Of a stretch of DNA of 64,000 bases, positions 18,690 through 28,983 are shown in pieces. The position numbers and the translations under genes are program-made. Source of the DNA: a bacterium (GTDB taxonomy: Bacteria; Sumerlaeota; Sumerlaeia; SLMS01; JAHLLQ01); contig JAHLLQ010000010.1 of assembly GCA_020444065.1 (NCBI GenBank), positions 76,866 to 140,865 on the forward strand, given 5' to 3'. Below the pieces are notes generated by a model. That model did no database searches. It was not told where the DNA came from and worked only from the letters and a program-made list of their open reading frames with translations. Each line of letters opens with the position of its first letter. Position 1 is the stretch's first letter.

Positions 18690-18956
18690 AGGCGGACTGC
18701 CGGGCGGTCTTTTGGCTTTACGGCACCCCGAAAGCGTCCTATAGCCAACATATGGTAAATTGGCCGGTGTGCGCGAAACCGCCTTGCGGATTTGGGTACA
18801 CTTGGCGCCTGCAGGGCGCCGGCCAAGGGGTGTCTGCTTCGGCAGATACTGATTGAAGTTAAAAAGAGGTGGCCACCGCATGGGGGGCTGTTCCATACTT
18901 GGAAGAGTCATGACCCATATCGCCACCTTTCCGAGCCTTGAGAGGAGCCCAGCGAG

Positions 18957-21900
18957 ATGGCTTTTCCTGGAGCCCGCAAGTCCATAAATAAGAAGGCTTT
19001 AGCCCTTCTGATAGCGATTCTGACGATTGCCGTCGCGGCGTCCGCTGGGATGTCCAGCGCGACTTATCGAATCGATCGGTCCTCCGCCAACAGTGGGAGC
19101 GACACGCCTACCGGCGGTGCCGCTTATCGGGCCTTCCCGCACGTGTTTGGCGGGGCTGCGACTGGACAATCGTTCAGTGGTAACTATCAAATCAACCACG
19201 GATCCATCGGCGGAATCCTCCGCAGCGGGGATCAGATCTATGTCGATCCGCTCTGGACTGCCCAGGGCGACGTGGACGCCGACCCAACGGTTGGCGTGGC
19301 GGGCTGCAATCCCGCCGCAGTCAGTCTCGTGTACGGCGTGAATGCGTTCAACTCGATCACCGCAGGCGTTGTTGCGGTGAATTCCGGCGGTACCGTTTAC
19401 GTGCTGAACGGAACGTACCAGGAGGAGAACATCGCGGTGACCAAGCCGATGACGATCGTCGGCTACGATGAGTCCACTTCCGGTTGCCTGGGGCTTTCCG
19501 GACAGGCCGGCGCGATTGTCGAACCGGCGACGTCGATCCCCGGCGGCAAGACGCTGTTCAATGTCGCTTCGTCGGACGTGACGATTCGCGATCTGACTCT
19601 CGAGGGCGATACGGCGTCTTTTGCGGCCGCTTATGAAGCCGACTTCGGCGTTTATGTTCTCGATGCGACGGCCTCGATCGATAATGTGACTCTTCGGAAT
19701 CTGACCGTACGGAACTTCGGCGACCACGGCGCGTACTTCCTGGCGCCGAATACGGCCGGATACCAGGTTGCCAACTGCGACTTCCAGATCCTCGGCGATT
19801 ATGTCGGTGGTTCGGTCGATGGCGGCGCGGTGTTGTTCGGCGGCGCGAGCGGCTCGATGACGGGCGGCTCGGTGACGATGGCAACGAACGGCGTTTCGAT
19901 TCTCGGCGGCGATACGGCGGCGATGGCGCCGCTGACCGGTTCGGGCGCGATTCCCGAAGTCGACGTGACGGGCGTGAGTTTCCTGTCGGTCGGCGGTGGC
20001 GGATCGAACGGCCAGGGCGCGATTGCTTATCTGAACAACGCGATCGGCGTGGCGAATTCGAATTCGCTGATGGGAATTCATCGCGGAATTCAAGTCGGTT
20101 CCATGGTGACGACGGGAACCGTTGAAGTTTCTGAGAACGTTGTGACGGGCCCGGCGTTTGTCGGTCTCGACATTAATAACCTGGAAGCGCCGACGCCGGT
20201 TTCGCCTCCGTCGACCGTCGATGCGACGTCGAACACGCTGATGGGCGTAATGGATGCCGCGGCGATTTCGGTTCGTTACATCGGTCGCGACTCTGTTGGC
20301 TCGACGGCTCCGGCGAATGTGAACCTGACTGCTAATCGTCTTTCCAGCATCGATACGAGCGCCCTCTCGACCTACGGCGTCTTCGTCAGCGGCGTGGATA
20401 CGGGCTTTGGCCAGGTCTTCGTGGCGGATAACGCGATCGTCGCGACGCCGACGCTGGCGAGCGGCATTGGCGTGAGTGTGCATACGACCGACCAGGTCTT
20501 CGGGACCGCGACGGATAACGAAGCGGTTGGCGTGCAATTGTACGGCAACACGATCACGGGCTGGCCGCAGGGCGTTTCGGTGATCAGTGTTGATAACGGC
20601 GGCTTGCCGGGCGCGACGGTCGATGTGCTTGTCGGTGGTGTGTCTTCCAACTCGATCACGGGTGGAAACTTCGGCATCGAGGTCGACGGCCAAGCGGCCG
20701 CGGCAACGATTACGGATAACCTTGCGATCTCCAACAACAGCATCGGCATCGCCGCTACAGGCGGTTCGTACGCCGACATCCGGAACAACCGAATTGCAGG
20801 CAACATTGGTATGGCCGTGCAGGCGGACACCGATGCTCTCGTCAATCTCGAGAACAACTACATCGGCGTTCCGAGTTCTCCGGCGACTGGCGTGTATGCC
20901 GACAATGCAGGCACCGTCGACATGGGCGGTGGCTTGTTTGGTTCGGCCGGCGGCAACACGTTTGACGTGGCGGATTCTTCTGCGGCGGTTCAGTTGGTTG
21001 CATTCCTGCCCGGCACGGTGCGGGCGGAAGGTAATACATGGCAGAGCGGCGGCGTGACTTACAACGGCGCCGTGGCGGTCGACGATATGATCTTCGACGG
21101 CGACCTGGATAACCCGCTCGGTGAAGGCGCGACGGCTGGTCCGCTCGACTTCATTCCGTTCAACGCGGGCACGCTGCAGTCGCCGATTACGCTCGATGGC
21201 GCGGCTTCACGCGGTCTGGCGGGCTACGGCACGACGCTGTTCCGTGCGCTTTCGGATGGCGTCGAGGCGGTCGCCACTGGCGGTACTGTCGACGTGGTGA
21301 CGGCGAATTACTATTCGCTGCGTTACGATCCGGATTCAATCTACCAGGTGCTCGGCACGCGGATCGATCGCCCGATGTCTCTTGTGGGCGATGCGCCCGG
21401 CGGGCCGATCGTTTACCCGATGGGCAACGACGTTGGCACATCTGCTTCGGTGGTTGTCGACGGATCTGCGCTGAATCTGTTTGAGATCCAGAGCGACGAC
21501 GTTGCGATGTCGAACATGGTTCTCGACGGCGACAACCCGGCGATTCCGGGTGGTGCCTCGCAGAACGGTGCCGACGTCAATGCACGCAACGCCGTGGTGA
21601 TCGATCACACGATCGCAGACGGCCCGGATAATCTAAGCTTCGACAACGTTGCCGCGCGGAACTTCTACTACAAGGGCATCGCGTCGAACGGTTCGGCTTC
21701 GGATCCGAGCGATGCGCTCGCGGTCAACAACTCTCGCTTCGACAATATCTCGGGCCAGGGCGACGAGGCCGGCGCGATTGCGCTGAGCACGCTGACCAAC
21801 ACGTCGATCACCAGCAACACGATTGATCTCGTTGGCCTGGGTATCGATGTGACGCCGACGGATGCAACGTCGACGCACACGATCTCCTACAATGCGCTGA

Positions 21901-22979
21901 GCAACGTGGCAAACCTCGGTATCAATGCGAACATCATCAGCAACGCGGCGCGGTTCGACATCAGCGGCAATACGCTCGCGATGGGACCGACTGCAAACAA
22001 GGCGATTGCCGTCGAGAGCATCACCGCGACGGCGCAGGCAATTGTTTCCGGCAACGACGTTCAGAGCGGTTCGGGCATTCTGCTGGCCGTCCGCGATGTC
22101 GATCCCGACTCGCTGATTCTGGCACAGGCGAACGATCTGATCAGCACGAGCGGTCTGACGATCGGCGTACAGGTCGAGGCGACCGAGCGTGTGACGACCT
22201 CTACGACAGGTCTGCAGTTGGTTTCCAACCAGATCGACAATCACACGATCGGTGTGGATGTGATCGGCGGTACGGCACCGACGGTGAATATCGGTACGGT
22301 GCTGCGGCGGAATGCGCTGGATGGCAACGCGACCGGCGTCAGTCTCGTGACGGGCCCTGGCGGGGCGGAAACGGAAGTGCTCGTCGGTGGCGATACGATT
22401 GCAGAAACCAACGCGTTCACGAACAGCGGCACGGGCGTGTTTGTCTCGGGTCAGTTCTCCGAGGCGACGGTGCTGAACCAGTACACGCCGTTTGACACGC
22501 AGACTTACGGCGTGTGGGCCGAGGGCGCTGCGAAGGTGATTGTGCGCGCGAGCCGCTTCGACAACAGCACGTCCGCGGCGATTGCACTGACGGATAACGG
22601 TACGGAGATGTTGATCGAGAAAAACCGCCTGGCTGGCGACACGAACCAGGTCGGTGTTCTCATCGACAACAACGCACAGGCCAGCATGGGTCCGGGCGTT
22701 CCGGGCAATGATGTTTCGAGCCTGTACTTCGCGGGAGCGCAATCCCTCGGCACAAACCGCTTCTGGAATTACACGGGCGTGGGTGGACATTTCGCCATCC
22801 ACAACTTGTCCGCACGCGATCAGAACGCGGAGAACAACGACTTCGGCACGGTGGATCTGCTAACGATCGAAGGCGTTGTTGAGCACCAGCCGGATAACGG
22901 CCAGGGGCTTGTCCTGTTCGATCCGCCGATGGCGCCGTTCACGACGATCGAGGACTGGGCAGTCCTGCAACGCGAATAA
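18957..22979 (+). CDS. Large secreted right-handed parallel beta-helix repeat protein (adhesin- or pectate-lyase-fold-like)
   Basis: A signal peptide is present. 1340 aa. Repeated N.I.GN.IG / NN.I turns characteristic of PbH1 repeats occur throughout. Confidence 0.75.
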   Translation: MAFPGARKSINKKALALLIAILTIAVAASAGMSSATYRIDRSSANSGSDTPTGGAAYRAFPHVFGGAATGQSFSGNYQINHGSIGGILRSGDQIYVDPLWTAQGDVDADPTVGVAGCNPAAVSLVYGVNAFNSITAGVVAVNSGGTVYVLNGTYQEENIAVTKPMTIVGYDESTSGCLGLSGQAGAIVEPATSIPGGKTLFNVASSDVTIRDLTLEGDTASFAAAYEADFGVYVLDATASIDNVTLRNLTVRNFGDHGAYFLAPNTAGYQVANCDFQILGDYVGGSVDGGAVLFGGASGSMTGGSVTMATNGVSILGGDTAAMAPLTGSGAIPEVDVTGVSFLSVGGGGSNGQGAIAYLNNAIGVANSNSLMGIHRGIQVGSMVTTGTVEVSENVVTGPAFVGLDINNLEAPTPVSPPSTVDATSNTLMGVMDAAAISVRYIGRDSVGSTAPANVNLTANRLSSIDTSALSTYGVFVSGVDTGFGQVFVADNAIVATPTLASGIGVSVHTTDQVFGTATDNEAVGVQLYGNTITGWPQGVSVISVDNGGLPGATVDVLVGGVSSNSITGGNFGIEVDGQAAAATITDNLAISNNSIGIAATGGSYADIRNNRIAGNIGMAVQADTDALVNLENNYIGVPSSPATGVYADNAGTVDMGGGLFGSAGGNTFDVADSSAAVQLVAFLPGTVRAEGNTWQSGGVTYNGAVAVDDMIFDGDLDNPLGEGATAGPLDFIPFNAGTLQSPITLDGAASRGLAGYGTTLFRALSDGVEAVATGGTVDVVTANYYSLRYDPDSIYQVLGTRIDRPMSLVGDAPGGPIVYPMGNDVGTSASVVVDGSALNLFEIQSDDVAMSNMVLDGDNPAIPGGASQNGADVNARNAVVIDHTIADGPDNLSFDNVAARNFYYKGIASNGSASDPSDALAVNNSRFDNISGQGDEAGAIALSTLTNTSITSNTIDLVGLGIDVTPTDATSTHTISYNALSNVANLGINANIISNAARFDISGNTLAMGPTANKAIAVESITATAQAIVSGNDVQSGSGILLAVRDVDPDSLILAQANDLISTSGLTIGVQVEATERVTTSTTGLQLVSNQIDNHTIGVDVIGGTAPTVNIGTVLRRNALDGNATGVSLVTGPGGAETEVLVGGDTIAETNAFTNSGTGVFVSGQFSEATVLNQYTPFDTQTYGVWAEGAAKVIVRASRFDNSTSAAIALTDNGTEMLIEKNRLAGDTNQVGVLIDNNAQASMGPGVPGNDVSSLYFAGAQSLGTNRFWNYTGVGGHFAIHNLSARDQNAENNDFGTVDLLTIEGVVEHQPDNGQGLVLFDPPMAPFTTIEDWAVLQRE

Positions 22980-23047
22980 CCCCCATGGCGTTTTGGGGAA
23001 GCACACCGGGCCGCTCTCCTTTTGGAGGGCGGCCTTCCGTTTCAGGG

Positions 23048-23244
23048 TGCTCTCACTACGCCAAGCTCTTCGTTGCGCGGCGGTCGGATGGCTCGGTCTT
23101 GACGCAAGCGATACCCAGGGCTTGCGCCCTGGGCTGGTATGGAGCGGGGCGTTGCCCCTTCGGTGGAGTGGTCGAGTACGTGTACGAGTTCGAGGGGGGC
23201 TGCGTACTCGTACTCAGCGAAGCGGTACTCGACCTCGCACTCGG
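23048..23244. repeat. Composite repeat with modules A, B, C and D contiguous
   Basis: A is ctcttcgttgcgcggcggtcggatggctcggtcttgacgcaagcgat. B is cccagggcttgcgccctgggctggtatggagcggggcgttgcccctt. C is gtcgagtacgtgtacgagttcgag. D is cgtactcgtactcagcgaagcggtactcgacctcgcactcgg. Each module matches other loci. Confidence 0.65.
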
Positions 23245-23277
23245 CATTTGGGGATAGCGAAGCTTTGGGAGCGAAAC

Positions 23278-23363
23278 GAGGTGACTTGGGCAGCCCCAGG
23301 GGTGTGGGCATTCAGGCAGGTTTGTGGGTTTGCTCTTGGCCAAGATGGCCAAGTCACCTCGAA
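23278..23363. repeat. Repeat module E forming a MITE-like hairpin (12-bp terminal inverted repeat gaggtgacttgg / ccaagtcacctc around a 58-nt core)
   Basis: Seen directly in the sequence. The core gctcttggccaagatggccaagtcacctcg recurs at four other loci. Confidence 0.6.
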
Positions 23364-23488
23364 GTGGTCTGTGGTTGGCGGTTCCATCCTCCTCCGCGCT
23401 CCGCGCTATGGCGGACAAGGGGGTCTTCTCTTGTGGGCTGCCAATGGTGTGTGGATGATTTGACGGTTGGTTCTTGGGGGGAGGGGCT

Positions 23489-24352
23489 ATGAATCCGGTC
23501 GTGAACTTTCTTGCCAGCGGGATGCTGTTCTTTGTCGGCGGAGGATTGATCCTGGCGGCGGGTGTGTGCTTTGCCGTTTCGCAGAAGTGGCGCTGGTGCA
23601 AGCGGGCAGCCGGCTGGTTCTTGCTGCCGGGGCTGGCATTTCAACTGGCGTGTTCGACTCCTCTTTCAATCGCGTTCTACTACGTCCCTCTGCTGGCGTT
23701 GGTAATCGCCGTTCCGATTCTCTGGTCGCGAGAGAAGTGCGATCCGCGTTGGAGGTGGGGGAGTCTTGGGGCTCTGGTCCTTCTGGTCCTTCTGGGTTCG
23801 GGTCTGGAAGTTCGGTGGCACATCACGCCTGCCCTTTCTCATCCGGATGGTACGCGCGTGACGGTGATCGGCGATTCGATCAGCGCGGGGATCAGCGATC
23901 GAGAACGCCCCTGGCCGATTGTCTTTGAGGAGCTGACGGGCATTCCGACGCGGAATTTGGCAAAGGCCGGCGCCAGCCTGGAAACGGCGATGCTTCAGGC
24001 GGAGGAGCTGACGCCGGAGGACACGTTCGTTCTGCTGGAGATCGGCGGGAATGACTTCATGGGCGAAACGAGTTCCAGCGACTTTGAGAAGGAGCTGAGG
24101 GTGCTGTTGAAGGCGGTGAAGAGCGAGGATCGTGCGGTGGTGATGCTCGAACTGCCGCTTCCGCCTTTTCACAATCGCTATGGCAGCGCGCAACGGCGGG
24201 TGGCTCGCGAGCTTGGTGTTCCACTGATTCCCAAACGGCGTTTTATGTCGGTTCTGGGAGCCAAGGACGCGACGAGCGACGGGCTTCACCTTTCCCCCAC
24301 GGGGCATCGTCTGATGGCGCAGATGGTGGCCGATGCGCTGGGGGTTGGATGA
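23489..24352 (+). CDS. Membrane-anchored SGNH/GDSL hydrolase
   Basis: An N-terminal TM region with 4 predicted helices is followed by VIGDSISAG (block I), GGND (block III) and DGLHLS (block V). Confidence 0.8.
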   Translation: MNPVVNFLASGMLFFVGGGLILAAGVCFAVSQKWRWCKRAAGWFLLPGLAFQLACSTPLSIAFYYVPLLALVIAVPILWSREKCDPRWRWGSLGALVLLVLLGSGLEVRWHITPALSHPDGTRVTVIGDSISAGISDRERPWPIVFEELTGIPTRNLAKAGASLETAMLQAEELTPEDTFVLLEIGGNDFMGETSSSDFEKELRVLLKAVKSEDRAVVMLELPLPPFHNRYGSAQRRVARELGVPLIPKRRFMSVLGAKDATSDGLHLSPTGHRLMAQMVADALGVG

Positions 24353-24379
24353 CGAGGCTTGGGCATCCTTGCCCAAGCC

Positions 24380-24447
24380 CCAGGGATGTTGGCGTTCAGG
24401 CATGTTTGCGGGTTAGCTCTTGGCCAAGATGGCCAAATCACCTCGAA
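24380..24447. repeat. Repeat module E copy
   Basis: About 85% identical to 23300-23365 and ends in gctcttggccaagatggccaaatcacctcg. Confidence 0.6.
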
Positions 24448-24519
24448 GCAAGTTGTTGGTGCTCGGGCGGTGCTCTTCTCCCTTGTCCATCCGTTGGGTT
24501 CTTCTATTCTGAATCGAAC

Positions 24520-25257
24520 ATGATGTCAGGAGCTGTTGGTGCCGTGCCGGATCGTGTATGGTACATAAAGAATCTCGATCTGTTCGAGGGGCTGCAGGAT
24601 ATGTCCGCGATGTCGGTTGCGGGCAATGCGGGGGAGGTGTTGCTCGATCCGAAGCAGATCATCACGTTCCAGGGCGACCAGCCGCGGGTGGTCTACGTGG
24701 TGATCAGCGGACGGCTGCAGGTGTCGCATCTGCTGCCGGATGGGCGGGAGGTGATCCTGACGTACCTGGGGCCGGGGGATATCTGGGGGGCGGTGGACGA
24801 GGATGAAGTCGATGCGCCGGCGAGCCCGATGGATTCGCACCAGGCAATGGCCCAGACTCCGACGCAGTTGCTGCGGTTCGACGCGGCGTACTTTCGCCAT
24901 ATGCTGAGCCGGCGGCCGCGGGTGGCGTTCAAGATTATCCGTCAGTTGGGAATCCGGAAGCGGCGGGTGGAACTGCGGTTGATCAACCTGTGTTTCAAGA
25001 CGAACCTCCAGAAACTGGCGTCGCTGCTGCTGGAACTGGCCGAGAGCCACGGGGTGGAAATCGATGGTGGAATTCGCATCGGTTTGGGGCTGACGCACCA
25101 GGAGATGGGTGCTATGGTGGGCATGACGCGTGAACAGGTTACCAAACTGTTCACCCAACTTCGAGAGTCGGGTGCAATAGAGACGGTCAAGGGGCGGATT
25201 ATTCTGCGCGATCTGGATCGATTGCGCGAGATCGGCGGTCCGCGCCAGGGCGGGTAG
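24520..25257 (+). CDS. Crp/Fnr family transcriptional regulator (cNMP-binding domain plus C-terminal HTH)
   Basis: The architecture is beta-roll (GDIWG) followed by an HTH (LTHQEMGAMVGMTREQVTKLF). The ORF is open from 24349 across repeat E, and the likely start is MMSGAV at 24520. Confidence 0.8.
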   Translation: MMSGAVGAVPDRVWYIKNLDLFEGLQDMSAMSVAGNAGEVLLDPKQIITFQGDQPRVVYVVISGRLQVSHLLPDGREVILTYLGPGDIWGAVDEDEVDAPASPMDSHQAMAQTPTQLLRFDAAYFRHMLSRRPRVAFKIIRQLGIRKRRVELRLINLCFKTNLQKLASLLLELAESHGVEIDGGIRIGLGLTHQEMGAMVGMTREQVTKLFTQLRESGAIETVKGRIILRDLDRLREIGGPRQGG

Positions 25258-25354
25258 GGCACTGGAGACTCCGATTCGCGAGTTCGAGTTCCGGCAGGGC
25301 GCGATTTCGTTAATCCGAGGGGCTTCAAGGTCGATCTTCCGGGGAACCTTTATT

Positions 25355-25996
25355 GTGGCCACATTGTCGAACAACGCGAAGAAGGGCATGATGGACATGG
25401 ATCCAGCCCGCGAAGCGGATCTTGTTCAGCGCGCCCAGGACGGGGACCAGACGGCCCTCGAGGAGCTTCTCTCCGCCCATCAGGATCGTGTGTACCGCAC
25501 GGCGCTGCGATTCCTGGGGGGACGCGAGGAAGAGTCCTTCGAACTCGCACAGGAGGTGTTGGTCAGTGCTTTTCGCCATATCAAGAAATTCCGTGGCACC
25601 AGCCGATTCAGCACCTGGCTGTACCGTATCACGGCGAACCTGGCCAAGAATCGCTTTGTGGTCGAGAATCGCGAAAAGGCGCGCTACACGAGTCTGGATG
25701 CTCCGCACGCAGGAGACGAGGACGAGCGGCCGCGGCAGTGGGAAGATGCCGGAGCCCGCGATCCTCGCGACGCTGCGGCGGACAATGAGCTCATGGAGAC
25801 GTTGCACGAGCGAATCGAGGAATTGGACGTTGAATGGCGCGAGGTTGTTGTGCTGCGCTTCTTCGAGCAATTGTCCTACGAGGAGATCGGCGAGACGCTG
25901 GATCTGCCCATCGGGACGGTGAAGTCGCGGATCAACCGCGCACGCAAGATGCTTCGCGAATCGATGAAAGACGTACTGAAGGAACGACGAGCATGA
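25355..25996 (+). CDS. RNA polymerase ECF sigma factor (sigma-70 regions 2 and 4)
   Basis: Region 2 (AQEVLVSAFRHIKKFRG...FSTWLYRITANL) and region 4 (LSYEEIGETLDLPIGTVKSRINRARKML) are present. Confidence 0.85.
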   Translation: MATLSNNAKKGMMDMDPAREADLVQRAQDGDQTALEELLSAHQDRVYRTALRFLGGREEESFELAQEVLVSAFRHIKKFRGTSRFSTWLYRITANLAKNRFVVENREKARYTSLDAPHAGDEDERPRQWEDAGARDPRDAAADNELMETLHERIEELDVEWREVVVLRFFEQLSYEEIGETLDLPIGTVKSRINRARKMLRESMKDVLKERRA

Positions 25997-27525
25997 GTCG
26001 GGAACGCTTCGAAGAACTGCTGGACCCCTGGTTGATGGGTGAACTCGGCGCCGAAGAGCAGGCCGAGTTCGAGCAGCTTCTTCATGCCGATCCGGAGCTT
26101 GCAGAGGAAGCCGAGGACCATCGCGAACTGGCCGGATTGATGGCCGGGGCGCCTGTGCCCGCGGCTCCGGCGGGGTTGCTGGCGGGTGCATTGGAGAAGG
26201 CCAAAGCTGCCGAAGTGATCGAGATCGCGCCGCGTCGTCGTCCCTTCATGAAGTGGGCGATTGGTTCCGCGGCGGCGGCGGTGATCGTGTTTGGCGCTTA
26301 CATGGCCACGGATGTTGAGACTGTCTTACCGAGTGCCCGCGATTCGAACGTGACGACGCCGGATGAGTTGATTGCACACGCACAGGCGGAGCGTCGCGTT
26401 GCCAGCGAGGCGATTCCGGAGAAGGGCGCTGAGAAGGAGAAGAGCCTGGGAACCGACATCGCGTCGATCGCAGAGGGCGCCAAGGATGGTAGCGAGCGGC
26501 TACGTCAGGAGAAGAATGGCGAAGATCTGAATTCGCTTCACTCCATGGTGGAGGAGCAAGTTACGGCCGGTGCTGCGATTGAGAAGAAGGAGCAGCCGGC
26601 GGCCGAACGGCTTGATGGGGGCGCCGGAAACGCGCTCCAGATGTCCGCGCAGATCACGGACGCGCCGGCTCGTGACAAGTCCGACGATCGGGAGAAGGCG
26701 GCTTCCGCTGCGCCCCCGGTTGCGATGCAGCGGGCGATGGAGTCCGCGCCTACGTCTGAACCCAGCGAGACTCCTTTCGAATCCAACCTCTTCTTCGAAA
26801 CGGCCGAGGAGATGGAGGACATCGACGATTACGCCCCGGACGCGGAGGCGCGCGGATTGTCGGACAACATCGTCGAGGATTCGGAGGCGGATGAGGTCGT
26901 CGCCGAGGTGGAGGTCGCGCCTCCCGCGCTGGGTCTGCACGGTGCGATGTACAAGCCGGGAACGAACCTGGAGCACCCGACGACTTCGGAGGTGCTGGCG
27001 GAGAACGCGAAAGCGATCGGCGGGAAGCTGGTTGCGCTGCCGGGCGACTTCGAGGCTGCTGCGGATGTTTCATCGATGGCCGGCGACGAGAACGAGGAAC
27101 TGGTCGGGCAGTGGTCGGCAAAGGCTGCTCCCACGCCGGCCCAGCCGCTGGCGCCGGAGACGTTGGCGTTGGTCTTCCCGGACGAGGCGTCGTTGAGTAT
27201 GTTCTGGTATCGCGCGCAGTCGGTTCTGGCGGCAGCGGATGCGACTGGTGAACCGTCCGCGTTCGGCGGCGGGGCATCGGCCCCGAGCGGAAGCGGAATG
27301 GGCGGCCGCAGCCTGCGCATGCCGGATGAGCTGCGCAACACGGGTGAGCTGACGGAGATGAGCTTCACCGACGCGGCGAGCACGCCGCTTCCGTCCCCGG
27401 CTCCGGATAAATTGCACCCGCCGTACCTGATTTCGGACTACGACGTGCATGTGGATCGCCGCGGCGATGGGATCCTCGTGACGATCCGCCCCAAGCTTCC
27501 CGAGTCTTCCACCGTGGATGAGTGA
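25993..27525 (+). CDS. Putative anti-sigma factor (single TM, long acidic low-complexity periplasmic region)
   Basis: The start overlaps the sigma stop as ATGA. The N-terminal helix is followed by the TM segment WAIGSAAAAVIVFGAYMA. The call rests on position and topology. Confidence 0.55.
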   Translation: MSRERFEELLDPWLMGELGAEEQAEFEQLLHADPELAEEAEDHRELAGLMAGAPVPAAPAGLLAGALEKAKAAEVIEIAPRRRPFMKWAIGSAAAAVIVFGAYMATDVETVLPSARDSNVTTPDELIAHAQAERRVASEAIPEKGAEKEKSLGTDIASIAEGAKDGSERLRQEKNGEDLNSLHSMVEEQVTAGAAIEKKEQPAAERLDGGAGNALQMSAQITDAPARDKSDDREKAASAAPPVAMQRAMESAPTSEPSETPFESNLFFETAEEMEDIDDYAPDAEARGLSDNIVEDSEADEVVAEVEVAPPALGLHGAMYKPGTNLEHPTTSEVLAENAKAIGGKLVALPGDFEAAADVSSMAGDENEELVGQWSAKAAPTPAQPLAPETLALVFPDEASLSMFWYRAQSVLAAADATGEPSAFGGGASAPSGSGMGGRSLRMPDELRNTGELTEMSFTDAASTPLPSPAPDKLHPPYLISDYDVHVDRRGDGILVTIRPKLPESSTVDE

Positions 27526-28744
27526 TCGGCCCCTCAACGTCCTGCTGGTCTGTCGCAGCTTTCCCGCGCACCGGGCCGGCGGCATGGAGTGGCACGCGCA
27601 GGATGTTCTGGAAGGTCTGATCGCGGCCGGGCATACGGTTCATATACTGACAACGAATCTTCCCGATCGGGCGGCGCTGAAGCCGTTGCGAACGAATGGC
27701 GTGCTGGAGACCGTAGGAGGCAGCGGCGGGGGAGCTTACAGCAAGCGGTTCCTGCTGACGCTGGCGCGGAGGGCTCGCCAGATCGCCGAACGCGAATCCA
27801 TCGACATCATTCATGCGCAGGGCTTCGCCGGCGTCCCGTTGGTCTTTCGCGCGCGCAAGATGCCGCCGATTGTGACGACAATTCACGGAACGCACTGGAG
27901 CGAGACGCCGCTGGATCGTCGCGTGCGGCACATGCGATCGCCGGTGGAGCGCATGCGCGATATCTGGCGCTTCAAACATCGGTTCGCGTTGTGGCCGCTG
28001 TGGTGGCGATTTCTGCGCAAGCGTCCGAACCTGATCGTGGACAGCGATTTCACCGCGCGCGAGTTGCGGCGCGAGGTTTGGCAACTGAATCCGGCGGTTG
28101 TGCCGTTGGGGATGAACCTGGGGCGGCTGCGGCCGCGGCGGACGCGATTGGTGTTCGATCCGGAGAAGCGATTCCTGGTGCCGGACAGCGGACAGGAGCA
28201 TCCGATGCTACTGTTCGCGATCAGTCGGTTGGAGGAAATCAAGGGGCTGGATGTGCCGCTGAAGGCGCTGGGGCGTTTGGGGAACAAGACGGGATGGCAC
28301 TTCGCCATTGGCGGCGACGGGCCGGATCGCGCGCGGCTGGAGACGATCGCGGCGCGACTGGGGTTGCAGGATCGCGTGACGTTCCTGGGGCGCGTGCCGG
28401 ATGCGGATCTGGCGGATTGGCTGGCGGCGGCAGATCTATTCCTGAACCCGGATCGCGGCCAGCCGGCGTTTGGCCTGACGGTGGCGGAGGCGCTCGCGGC
28501 GGGGACGCCGGTGTTGGCCAGTCGTGTCGGGGCGCACCCGGAGGTGCTGCGGCGCGGCGACGGGATTCTGGCGCCGCCGGGAAATCCCGCAGCGTGGCGG
28601 CGAGCGCTGGAGCATCTGCTGGCGCGTTTGCCAGAGAACGAACGCCGCCGATCGGCACGGCGCGAGCGGGCTCGGGAACGATTCCACCGCGACCTGATGA
28701 TCCGGCGACTGGTTGGTGTGTATCGGGACGTGCTGGCGGGGTGA
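27518..28744 (+). CDS. Glycosyltransferase family 4
   Basis: The C-terminal motif EALAAGTPVLASRVGAHPEVL (E-x7-E type) is present. The start overlaps the anti-sigma stop. Confidence 0.85.
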   Translation: MSDRPLNVLLVCRSFPAHRAGGMEWHAQDVLEGLIAAGHTVHILTTNLPDRAALKPLRTNGVLETVGGSGGGAYSKRFLLTLARRARQIAERESIDIIHAQGFAGVPLVFRARKMPPIVTTIHGTHWSETPLDRRVRHMRSPVERMRDIWRFKHRFALWPLWWRFLRKRPNLIVDSDFTARELRREVWQLNPAVVPLGMNLGRLRPRRTRLVFDPEKRFLVPDSGQEHPMLLFAISRLEEIKGLDVPLKALGRLGNKTGWHFAIGGDGPDRARLETIAARLGLQDRVTFLGRVPDADLADWLAAADLFLNPDRGQPAFGLTVAEALAAGTPVLASRVGAHPEVLRRGDGILAPPGNPAAWRRALEHLLARLPENERRRSARRERARERFHRDLMIRRLVGVYRDVLAG

Positions 28745-28983
28745 TGGGTCGATCAAGTGGGGACGGAGGTCGTGCCCTGAAACTTCCAGCTTCCCATTCC
28801 GAATAAATCAGCAGTGATTCTGATAAGCGCGGACAGTCACGAATAGCACTCGGTCAAGCGCCCCTGTAGGGTTACATGGTGGGGATTTAAGCTCGACATG
28901 CGCGACCTCATCCGTAAGTCTCGGTAGTGTCAAAATCACCAAAATCCACATGAATCTCCGTACTTGGAGAGGGGGGAATTCCT

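Noticed and set aside
18999-22802. 564-aa and 389-aa minus-strand ORFs
   Set aside because: Antisense to the 1340-aa beta-helix protein gene. The translations are Arg-rich.
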